A DNA stretch of 64,000 nt, taken from the IMG/VR virus record IMGVR_UViG_3300036770_003943, positions 62,001 through 126,000 of that record, one strand, 5' to 3'. The notes beneath the pieces are model-generated. The model saw only the letters and a list, made by a program, of their open reading frames with translations. It was not told the origin of the DNA and ran no database searches. The translations under genes and the position numbers were made by a program. Positions 40,401 through 48,129 of this stretch are shown here, one piece after another. Within the stretch, counting starts at the first letter, position 1. Each line of letters opens with the position of its first letter.

Positions 40401-42453
40401 CAGTTACTCCCAGAGTTCCGACTACACTGGCATTTCCATCTACAGTGAGGCTATTGTTAATACTAGTAGTTCCAGTAGCAGCTCCAATATCTATCGAAGT
40501 GGCTGCACCAAATGCGTTAACAGTTATAGCATTTGCGTTGAGTAGATTAAAAGCTGAAGCACTAGTTGTTAGATCGCCGCCATTGACTGCTAAATTTCCG
40601 GTGATAGTGGTATTCCCAGTAAAAGTGCTGGTTCCTGAAACGGCCACAGTGCCGTCAATTACAAGATTATTTCTTACAGTTGTGGTTCCAGTTGTCGCTG
40701 CCAATGTTAAGTTTGTAGCTGCACCAAAAGCATTTAATGTAGTAGCAGCGGTATTCAATAAATTAAATGAGCTAGCAGTAGTAGTAATATCTCCGCCATT
40801 AACTGCTAAATCGCCGCTTAACGTAGTTGAATTAACAGTGACATCTAAGGTATTACCTTTTATATCAACATCCCCTCCGGTATCTCCTATTGTTACTCCA
40901 GTTATTGCACTACCTAATAATACTCTACCAACACCACTGCTTCGACCTATCTCAATTTGACCATTTCCGTTACTGTCTATAACCACATAGTTATTAGCGG
41001 TAATAGTTAAATTACCGCTATCCTTCGAATTATCATCATTAGTTATTGCTTGAACATGTATAGTTCCATCTACTGTCAAGTCTCCATTTACCAAAGCATT
41101 ACCGTCTACATCTAAATTGTTATTGATATTTGTTGTACCAGTAGCAGCACCAACCTCAAGAGTAGTTGCACTAGTGGCGAAATTAACTGTTGTAGCGTTA
41201 TTTGGCAACAAATTGAATGTAGCTGAAGTTGTTGTTATATCTCCGCCATCGACTGCTAGGTCGCCGCTTAAGGTTAAATTGTCACTAAGTGAACCTACAC
41301 TACCGAAACTTACTGTTCCATCTACTACCAGGTTATTTCTAATAGTAGTAGTACCTGACGTTGCTGCTACTGTTAAATTTGTTGCTGCGTTAAAGACATT
41401 AACTACAGTAGGAGAATTAAGAAGATTAAAGCTGCTACTAGTTGTTGTTAGGTCACCACCATTAACTGCTAGGTCACTGCTAAATCTACCAGATCCTGTA
41501 ACATCCAATTCTACAGCAGGCGATGTATTCATTATACCCACTCTACCATTTACTGAATCAATATATAATTTATCTTGAAACGTGGTCCTTGCTACACCAC
41601 TTCGAAATACCTCTGTGCTGGAAACTAAGTTATTAGTGCTTATTAAACCAACTAGTTCATGGGCATTAGTAGTTCCATAATATCTTGCTCCAATCTGAGC
41701 ATATCCAGTTACATTACCAGTAGCTCCGTAACTGCGTCCAAATGCCAGTGCTACTCCACCATCATCGGTGGCGTGAGTAGTAGCATCTGTAATACGTTTT
41801 TCTATAATTAGACCAGCTCGAATATCGCTTACCCCTTCTTGAGACTGCGTACGCTCTCTTGCAAACGTAAAAATATCAGTGGCGTCAGTTACTCCTAAAT
41901 ACTTAGAGTTAACAAATTGACCGCTAGCAACATCATATTTTACTAGTTGTCCATAGTCTAAGCCACTGATAGTCACATCAGTTAGGTCAGTGAAATTAAT
42001 CGGAAGAACATAATTAGTCCCATCGCCGTTATCAAATACCCAACGATCATCGCTGTTCCGCCAAGTTATTGTTTTATCTGTAGAACCTTTAAGTGAAATT
42101 CCTCCGCCATCAGCAGTAGTATCAGTTGGAGTAGCTGTTGCTCCTAGTTCGATTAATTTATCATCAATGGTTACCACAGTTGAGTTGACTGTGGTTGTGG
42201 TTCCGTTCACAGTAAGATTTCCACCAAGTGTTATATTACCAGAAGTATTAATGTCTCCAGTGAATCCACCACCGCCTAAATAATCGGCTACTCTGATATC
42301 TCTATAAGAAACTTCATAAACACTGCCATCATTCTTTTTCATAAAAACTTTACCGTCAGCAGTATTAAGGGCGATTTCGCCCAAGTTCATCTGCGTAGTC
42401 AATGGGGTATTCCCAGCTACACTACTTCTTTTATGTAAAATCGTATTAGACAT
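37420..42453 (-). CDS. long tail fibre with C-terminal intramolecular chaperone (peptidase S74)
   Basis: N-terminal GEIALNTADGKVF anchor; repeated GDLAVNGGDLTTT units; C-terminal SDKRLKENI..L..V..L.GV.Y and YEKLVALLVEAVKEL coiled coil. Confidence 0.88.
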   Translation of the reverse strand: MSNTILHKRSSVAGNTPLTTQMNLGEIALNTADGKVFMKKNDGSVYEVSYRDIRVADYLGGGGFTGDINTSGNITLGGNLTVNGTTTTVNSTVVTIDDKLIELGATATPTDTTADGGGISLKGSTDKTITWRNSDDRWVFDNGDGTNYVLPINFTDLTDVTISGLDYGQLVKYDVASGQFVNSKYLGVTDATDIFTFARERTQSQEGVSDIRAGLIIEKRITDATTHATDDGGVALAFGRSYGATGNVTGYAQIGARYYGTTNAHELVGLISTNNLVSSTEVFRSGVARTTFQDKLYIDSVNGRVGIMNTSPAVELDVTGSGRFSSDLAVNGGDLTTTSSSFNLLNSPTVVNVFNAATNLTVAATSGTTTIRNNLVVDGTVSFGSVGSLSDNLTLSGDLAVDGGDITTTSATFNLLPNNATTVNFATSATTLEVGAATGTTNINNNLDVDGNALVNGDLTVDGTIHVQAITNDDNSKDSGNLTITANNYVVIDSNGNGQIEIGRSSGVGRVLLGSAITGVTIGDTGGDVDIKGNTLDVTVNSTTLSGDLAVNGGDITTTASSFNLLNTAATTLNAFGAATNLTLAATTGTTTVRNNLVIDGTVAVSGTSTFTGNTTITGNLAVNGGDLTTSASAFNLLNANAITVNAFGAATSIDIGAATGTTSINNSLTVDGNASVVGTLGVTGETTLASATVSDLTSGRIVFVGTAGSLVDSGNLTWDGFSVNVNGNVEARYFNAINGVNLNYTTTNAIAYVNGSYGLESNSNLGWNGTTLAITGNQTLSGTLAVTGNTTMTGDLAVNGGDLTTTASSFNLLNSNSTTVNAFGAATTIEIGAATGTTNINNNLDVDGDVNIDGGDLTVSTSTFNLANTSATTINAFGAATAINLGAATGTTTFNNNQIIFNSTDSIQIPVGTTAQRDSTPAVGQIRYNTTTSSFEGYGPGSSWGSLGGVRDVDGNTYIIPELSAGSNENTLFFYNNGVNTLNVTETSLDLKSAISSITTAASSINLVNANATTVNFAQAGTTITMGATTGTTRIRNNLQVDGTISFASTAAITDNLTLSGDLAVNGGDITTTASSFNLLNSNATAVTAFGAATSLILGASSGTTTVANNLAVSGNLTVSGTTTTINTETINLADNIILLNSNATGTPSENAGIEINRGADSNVQLRWNETTDKWEATRDGTNFVVLPINTSELAEDPAATVTSGTMYYTNARARNSISVTDSGGDGSLSYNSSTGVITYTGPSATEVRAHISVSDAGGDGSLSYNSSTGVITYTGPSAAEVRAHISVSDAGGDGSLSYNSSTGVITYTGPSAAEVRAHISVSDAGGDGSLSYDNTTGIITYTGPNASEVRAHFTAGTGVSISSGQISIGQAVGTTSNVTFNKVNVGTAGIAFPTDAFGGSGDTATITLTAASGEAQRMTFTVGNDADDMFNFVAPSNNGLLMNGNTVWNSGNVSNGTGISLSGTTITNTGVTGLTAGTGVSVSAGTGSITVSNSGVTGLSGTSNQVNVSGSTGSVTLSLPQSIATGSSVQFGSLGVGTGASGTSGEIRATNEITAYYSDKRLKENIQPIEDALHRVLQLHGVTYTANDIAESFGYKDKKKQVGLLAQDVKTVLPEVVVRAPFDIKVVDGKETSKSGEDYMTIKYEKLVALLVEAVKELNDKVETLEAQLSAFKSL
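38392..38799. repeat. four tandem 102-bp (34-aa) fibre modules
   Basis: gtcactaacact recurs at 38479, 38581 and 38683. Confidence 0.9.
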
Positions 42454-42555
42454 CGTTTTTCCTTGAGTGGGTCAGGACATAAAGTCGCCCAACGGGTCAA
42501 ATTAACTCAGTTAATGCCCAACGGGTCAGGTTGGGAGGAAAATCCCAACGCCCAA
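42454..42555 (-). promoter_or_regulatory. GC-rich structured/repeated intergenic leader of the longest fibre gene
   Basis: 13-bp direct repeat GCCCAACGGGTCA (42487, 42516), hairpins at 42501-42515 and 42530-42549; ~51% GC by hand count; no TAAATA. Confidence 0.5.
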
Positions 42556-45261
42556 TTAAAATGTTCCACCGTCTATATTGCTTGTGCTGCTTATATTAGC
42601 TTCTAGCGTATATAGATCACCTGCAGAATTTTTAAAACTTACTTTACTACTCTCTTGTTTGATAAGAGCAGAACCAATATAAATTGTATTTCCGCCTAAA
42701 TATAAATCGCGCCATTTATAAGTGCTGCTACCTAAATCGTAGGTATTATCCGCAGAAGGAATAATACTAGCATCAAGATTGCCTAATAAACTCTTTACTT
42801 TAGAATTTGTATAATACAAATTTACAGAACCTTCTGGTACCACATCAGTGTCTGTGATTTGCTGAGCTACACCAGTGGTGAAGTCAATAACCTCTACAAT
42901 TTCGCCAGAATTTGGTGTACCACCCAGGGTTAAAGTAGTTCCTGAAACTGTATAGGTAGTAGATCTTTGTGGAATACCTGAAACTGTAACAAATAAATAT
43001 TCTCTGCTAGCAGGAGCATCATTGAGAGTAAAAACATTTGATGATCCAGTGGCGGTAAATTGTTGGCGTCTCATCGTAAATGACATCATGTCGGCCATGA
43101 TCCATTTTGATGTTGCTGAATCGTATCTTAAAATTTTATCGTTGGCTATGCCTGTTGTATTAACATCACTAATAGAACCCAAAGTGTGATTACTCAAACT
43201 ACTTACTGTTCCTGTAACTGCTCCAGTGAAAGTGGCATTAGTTCCATCAGTACCATTTTCTAAGATTTTACTAATTCCATCCGACGCATAAACATCACCG
43301 AGTAAATTAGTAGTAACTGTGGCAAATGTTACGTTATCTGTTGTCGCTACGGCTTGACCTATGCTAATTTGACCACTACTGATCGATACACCAGTGCCTG
43401 CTGTAAAATGAGCACGCACTTCGCTGGCACTTGGGCCAGTGTAGGTAATTACACCAGTCGAACTATCATATGATAACGATCCATCTCCACTTACATCAGT
43501 TACACTAATATGAGTACGCACTTCGCTGGCACTTGGGCCAGTGTAGGTAATTACACCAGTCGAACTATCATATGATAACGATCCATCTCCACTTACATCA
43601 GTTACACTTATAGCACCACGTGCTAGTGTGTTTGAAAAATATTTGTTTGTAGTTCCTTCAGTAACATCAGAAGTGGACAATAAACTTATAGGCTTTTGTA
43701 TAACAATATTACCAACCATAGAAGAATGGTTGGTACATTGATAAACATATGTGTTACCAGCTAGACTATAAGGTATTTTCCAAAATAATTTTCCTGAAAC
43801 TTTACCTTGAGCAGATGAACCTGTAGAAGTTGTTCCGTCTGTTGCTATATGAGTAAGACCAGTATTGTAATTAGAACCACCGTTAGAAACCCTTATAGCA
43901 AATGGATGTGATGCACCTTGATTTAAGTCAAAAGATATAGTTTCTCCAGCATTAACATATATTGTCGGATTATCTCCAGAATATTGATCTATATTATAAT
44001 TGAATACGGGTGTAGTAACTACTAATTGAGTAACGGCTGGAATGGCTGCTAATATGGCACGAGCATTGGTATAGTAAAGATTTGTACTGCCTTCTGTCAA
44101 GTTGTCTGTAGTATGATTACTAATATCACTCACTGTACCGGTTACATTTGCTGTAATGCCTTTATTAAAGTCAAATGTATCTGTGGCCGATACATATGTA
44201 ATTGTAGCACCAGCACCATCAATGGTAATTCCTGCTCCATTTGCTGCTGCGCTATCTAGAGCTCCTTTAGCCAATGTAATATTTAGATCTGCTATATCTA
44301 CAGTTGTACTGTTAACTGATGTAGTAGTGCCATTGACTGTAAGATTTCCGCCAATAGTTACATTTCCTGTTGTTGTGACAGCAGCAAAAGTCACGCTATC
44401 TGTTGTCGCTACGGCTTGACCTATGCTAATTTGACCACTACTGATCGATACACCAGTGCCTGCTGTAAAATGAGCACGAACTTCGCTGGCACTTGGGCCA
44501 GTGTAGGTAATTACACCAGTCGAACTATCATATGATAACGATCCATCTCCACTTACATCAGTTACACTAATATGAGCACGAACTTCTGTGGCGCTTGGAC
44601 CAGTATAGGTAATTACACCAGTCGAACTATCATATGATAACGATCCATCTCCACCGGCATCAGTTACACTTATAGCACCACGTGCTAGTGTGTTTGAAAA
44701 ATATTTGTTTGTAGTTCCTTCTGATAAATTATCAGTGGTGTGATTACTAATATCACTTACTGTTCCTGTAACATTACCAGTGACATTTCCTGTTAGATTT
44801 CCGCTAAATCCCGAGGATGCTGTAATAGTAGTTCCGGTTACTGCTGCTGCGCTTGCAGCCCCAATAATTGTGCCGTCAATGTTTCCGCCATTTATATCTA
44901 CACTAGCAAAAGTACTTGTACCTGCACTGCTAATATCGGCATTAATTGTACTTGGTAAGCCTATAGTAATAACTTGTCCGGAGACACTGGTTTCAATTTC
45001 ACTAGCTGTGCCTGAAATTTGTAATGATTGAGTTTTCAGATTTACTGTACTGGCAGTTCCTGTATCAGCTTGAATACCTAACGTGGTACTATAATTTGCC
45101 AATGAAGTATCAACGTATTCTTTGGTCGATGGGTGACTGTTTTGAGTTGGAGCAGCTACCGAAACTGTCCTTGCTGTTAGATCGAAAGTGTCTGCTATTT
45201 GACTGCCGGTTATACGAAAACTCGGATCAATCGAAATATTCTTAATCTTTGTTAATGCCAT
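42556..45261 (-). CDS. fibre-like virion protein with an inserted cupredoxin-like domain
   Basis: Four repeat modules; HPF..YQCTNHSSMVG motif; QQFTATGSSNVFTL..FVTVSGIPQ domain. Confidence 0.75.
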   Translation of the reverse strand: MALTKIKNISIDPSFRITGSQIADTFDLTARTVSVAAPTQNSHPSTKEYVDTSLANYSTTLGIQADTGTASTVNLKTQSLQISGTASEIETSVSGQVITIGLPSTINADISSAGTSTFASVDINGGNIDGTIIGAASAAAVTGTTITASSGFSGNLTGNVTGNVTGTVSDISNHTTDNLSEGTTNKYFSNTLARGAISVTDAGGDGSLSYDSSTGVITYTGPSATEVRAHISVTDVSGDGSLSYDSSTGVITYTGPSASEVRAHFTAGTGVSISSGQISIGQAVATTDSVTFAAVTTTGNVTIGGNLTVNGTTTSVNSTTVDIADLNITLAKGALDSAAANGAGITIDGAGATITYVSATDTFDFNKGITANVTGTVSDISNHTTDNLTEGSTNLYYTNARAILAAIPAVTQLVVTTPVFNYNIDQYSGDNPTIYVNAGETISFDLNQGASHPFAIRVSNGGSNYNTGLTHIATDGTTSTGSSAQGKVSGKLFWKIPYSLAGNTYVYQCTNHSSMVGNIVIQKPISLLSTSDVTEGTTNKYFSNTLARGAISVTDVSGDGSLSYDSSTGVITYTGPSASEVRTHISVTDVSGDGSLSYDSSTGVITYTGPSASEVRAHFTAGTGVSISSGQISIGQAVATTDNVTFATVTTNLLGDVYASDGISKILENGTDGTNATFTGAVTGTVSSLSNHTLGSISDVNTTGIANDKILRYDSATSKWIMADMMSFTMRRQQFTATGSSNVFTLNDAPASREYLFVTVSGIPQRSTTYTVSGTTLTLGGTPNSGEIVEVIDFTTGVAQQITDTDVVPEGSVNLYYTNSKVKSLLGNLDASIIPSADNTYDLGSSTYKWRDLYLGGNTIYIGSALIKQESSKVSFKNSAGDLYTLEANISSTSNIDGGTF

Positions 45262-45266
45262 TGAAG

Positions 45267-45313
45267 ACTCTCCTAGGGATTTAGCTTGTACTATTTACCT
45301 AAATTCTAAGAGT
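45267..45313 (-). promoter_or_regulatory. late promoter GTAAATA (45292-45298) inside an RBS-occluding irregular hairpin
   Basis: Minus strand ACTCTT AG A ATTTAG [GTAAATAGTACAAG] CTAAAT CC CT AG GAGAGT. Confidence 0.6.
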
Positions 45314-45329
45314 ACAGGCTGTTAAGAAC

Positions 45330-45734
45330 TTAGATTTTAATAAAGTCTACCCGAGCAGTCCAATTAAGTGTAGCACTGGATATTCCTGAAACTCCTATGC
45401 TCATGAGACCTGATGTATTGAAACTAATCGTCGGAGCAGGGATGGTAGATGTATTAACAAATGTGTTAGTAACTGCCCCGCTAACACCACTTACACCTGA
45501 CAAATAACAACCTTTTATTTCAAATGCTCCAGTTTGGCCGCCGCTGGCTTGACAAACAATATAAGCAGTAAAAAACACAGTACCTGATGCAGTGTACTGA
45601 TTACCTTCTCTATCTACTAAAGTTGTAGACCCTGTGTTTACAGTAGTACCACTGTGAGTAATAGATTCTGTTTTTGATCCAATTGAGAATGTATCAACTG
45701 TTGTGCCGTGTAGTTTTAGAAAAGTATTTGCCAT
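45330..45734 (-). CDS. hypothetical beta-rich structural protein
   Basis: 134-aa ORF with its own late promoter (ATAAATA at 45740-45746). Confidence 0.7.
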   Translation of the reverse strand: MANTFLKLHGTTVDTFSIGSKTESITHSGTTVNTGSTTLVDREGNQYTASGTVFFTAYIVCQASGGQTGAFEIKGCYLSGVSGVSGAVTNTFVNTSTIPAPTISFNTSGLMSIGVSGISSATLNWTARVDFIKI

Positions 45735-45739
45735 AATAT

Positions 45740-45746
45740 TATTTAT
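45740..45746 (-). promoter_or_regulatory. late promoter ATAAATA
   Basis: Motif immediately upstream of ATG 45734 (possibly a leaderless transcript). Confidence 0.5.
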
Positions 45747-45780
45747 CCTTTAATCTTTATAGCACATATTTTGGTATGAA

Positions 45781-46497
45781 TTACAGTCCGTAAGTGGTCT
45801 TAGTAGCATTGTAATTTTGTAAAATTTCCGAAGAACTCAATGTTCTATCATAAACAAAGCATTCTCCTAGGTCTCCTGTATACTGATAACTTCCAGCAGG
45901 ACGCACACCACCACCCGTAAATGCACTCTTACCAAACCATACTTCCTGAGCGTTAACGATAGTTCCCGATAGGGTATCTGATGCAGTGGCGATCTGAACA
46001 CCATTTACATATAGCCATAATGAAGTATCGTTTCTAACGAACATCACATAATACCAGTTGCCATTATTATATGTAGTTAAAGGACTGGATATGCTGGTAG
46101 TAGTGCCGCCGCTGAGTGCTATATCACCTAAGATTCGTCCGCCATCCATCCATATACGATAATTCCAAGGGTATCCAGCAGTTTCTTCTTTGCTCAAGAT
46201 CATCTTGATACCAGCAGCAGAGGTGCGGAACCAAGATCCAACCGAAAATTCTTCAGAAGACAAACTTTGATTAGTATCGAAATACTGCGTTGTACCGTTA
46301 AAAGTAAAATAAGTAGTATTGTAACTAGGAGCACCGACAAGATTAGTTGTAAAAGCATTACTACTAGAATCTGTCCAGCTAGTTCCTGATCCAGTGTACT
46401 GAGTAGGTTGTAAATAAAGTTGAAGACCGTTAGTGACTATGCCAGTGATATTTTTCCTTTTACCAAAAGCAAATGATCCTGTAAATGAACTTAACAT
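45781..46497 (-). CDS. LamG/concanavalin A-like lectin domain protein
   Basis: GLQLYL, FSVGSWFR, WYYVMFVR...LYVNG, YTGDLGECFVYDRTLSSSEILQNYNA. Confidence 0.85.
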   Translation of the reverse strand: MLSSFTGSFAFGKRKNITGIVTNGLQLYLQPTQYTGSGTSWTDSSSNAFTTNLVGAPSYNTTYFTFNGTTQYFDTNQSLSSEEFSVGSWFRTSAAGIKMILSKEETAGYPWNYRIWMDGGRILGDIALSGGTTTSISSPLTTYNNGNWYYVMFVRNDTSLWLYVNGVQIATASDTLSGTIVNAQEVWFGKSAFTGGGVRPAGSYQYTGDLGECFVYDRTLSSSEILQNYNATKTTYGL

Positions 46498-46502
46498 CTA
46501 TT

Positions 46503-47573
46503 TTAACCAAAAGATGTTAGTTGGCCTAATACTGTGTACGTTCCGCTATTATTAAGAATACTAAAGTTAACAATATCTGTTTTATTAGCATTACCTGAAG
46601 GAGCACTCGACGATCCTTGCCAATTTACAGTAACCGATGCTCCACCAATTTGTACTGCATTTGGTACATAAGCAGTAGCTCCTTGAACTAAAACCATTGT
46701 AATGGCTGTTGCGTATCCTGAAGTTAAACTCAAATTAGTAAAATTGGGTGTGAAATTATTACTAAGCGATGAGTGATAGAAAATATGTCCAGTTGAACAA
46801 TCATGTTCAACTACACCTGTAGCTGACGTTTTAGCAGCAAATTTTTCATTAAATCCAATATCGGCAGTAACTAAGCCGTTAGTTACTGTAAGACCTGTCG
46901 ACCATGTTAGGCCGCCCGAAGAATTATAAGTAAGTACTTTACCAGTGCTTGGGCTGTTATCTACAATAAACTTAGCAGGTGTAATTGTACCGTCGGCTGG
47001 AGTTCCGATAGCTACAGTACCTATATCAATAGCATAAAAATCACTGATTGCAGCCGGAGCTTCCGTAAATGTAATTGCATCTCCGCTTAGTGTATAAGCA
47101 ACACCAGGTTCTTGAATAACTCCATCGATGCTAACAATTAAAACATTTGACCCTAATAAATTAGCAGCAACACCACCGGCTTGTAAAGTAAAAACTGTAG
47201 TTGCTCCGTCAAATCCTGCACTAATGTCATCTAACTTACGAATAGTCGATTGAGCTTCATTTCTAGGAAATAACAAATGATGAACACTAATAGTATGTCC
47301 GTTAGCTGGCGCTGTTGTAAACTGTAAATTTCCCTGTCCTGTTAGTGTGTAATCTGTGGTTGGGATCGTTAAAACTCCATTCACGCTAACTAATAAAGAT
47401 CTTACGCTAGGTGGTTTAGGACTACTTAAAGTAAAAACAGTTTGAACGCCTGTTCCTGTGAAAGTGTCAACAACAAAACTACTTTCAGGTGGAGTAGTTA
47501 CCGGCTGTAATCCAATATAATTTGGACTTAGCTGAGTACTATCCGTCGATGTTGTGTAACCTATATAAGCCAT
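46503..47573 (-). CDS. virion structural protein (MAYIG-type) with C-terminal adaptor-like domain
   Basis: MAYIG start, FTGTGVQTVFTL/FDGATTVFTL beta domains, C-terminal VNWQGSSSAPSGNANKTDIVNF. Confidence 0.7.
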   Translation of the reverse strand: MAYIGYTTSTDSTQLSPNYIGLQPVTTPPESSFVVDTFTGTGVQTVFTLSSPKPPSVRSLLVSVNGVLTIPTTDYTLTGQGNLQFTTAPANGHTISVHHLLFPRNEAQSTIRKLDDISAGFDGATTVFTLQAGGVAANLLGSNVLIVSIDGVIQEPGVAYTLSGDAITFTEAPAAISDFYAIDIGTVAIGTPADGTITPAKFIVDNSPSTGKVLTYNSSGGLTWSTGLTVTNGLVTADIGFNEKFAAKTSATGVVEHDCSTGHIFYHSSLSNNFTPNFTNLSLTSGYATAITMVLVQGATAYVPNAVQIGGASVTVNWQGSSSAPSGNANKTDIVNFSILNNSGTYTVLGQLTSFG

Positions 47574-47574
47574 A

Positions 47575-47808
47575 TTAGTTTCTATTCCATGAATCTAGAA
47601 TTAATTCTTCTAGTTTGTTTATTAAACTAGTTCCTGCTGTACTTTTTTCCCATTTCATTTCTGGACAATGTGATTCAGCAAAAGTTACTTTAGCAGGAAC
47701 ATAACAACCGCATTTACTACAAATTTTAATTTTAGTTACAAAATTTTCGCAACTTTTACAAATCTTTAATCGAGACTGCCTTAATTCTTCGTTAACGGTC
47801 TTAATCAT
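47575..47808 (-). CDS. small Cys-rich metal-binding protein (DUF6171-like)
   Basis: RLKICKSC..CSKCGC..K......CP..KW. Confidence 0.7.
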   Translation of the reverse strand: MIKTVNEELRQSRLKICKSCENFVTKIKICSKCGCYVPAKVTFAESHCPEMKWEKSTAGTSLINKLEELILDSWNRN

Positions 47809-48128
47809 TAAACTTCCATAACGCTGGCAAACGCTGTAATTGGTGTGCCAGTATTACTTTTGATTCTTAGGATATCCGAAGTTTCTAAATTAATAGGTTT
47901 TTCTAAAACTAATGTTGTGTTAGCCCTTAACGGCACTTTGTCTAGCACCGGAATATTTGTAGTAGCACTAGAGTCTACTACTTCTAACACTACATCTGCG
48001 TTTGATCCAACACTATTATTACTAATATATACAGCATGAATTACGGTTGTTCCGGTAGCTGTAAAAATATTAGCGTAATTAGTATCAGTGTTAGGAATAC
48101 TTGCTGATGCGTTCTTAAAGGTTGCCAT
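47808..48128 (-). CDS. small beta-sandwich virion protein (likely start MATFKN at 48128)
   Basis: RBS GGAGGA inside the last codons of the upstream gene, immediately before ATG 48128. Confidence 0.7.
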   Translation of the reverse strand: MATFKNASASIPNTDTNYANIFTATGTTVIHAVYISNNSVGSNADVVLEVVDSSATTNIPVLDKVPLRANTTLVLEKPINLETSDILRIKSNTGTPITAFASVMEV

Positions 48129-48129
48129 G

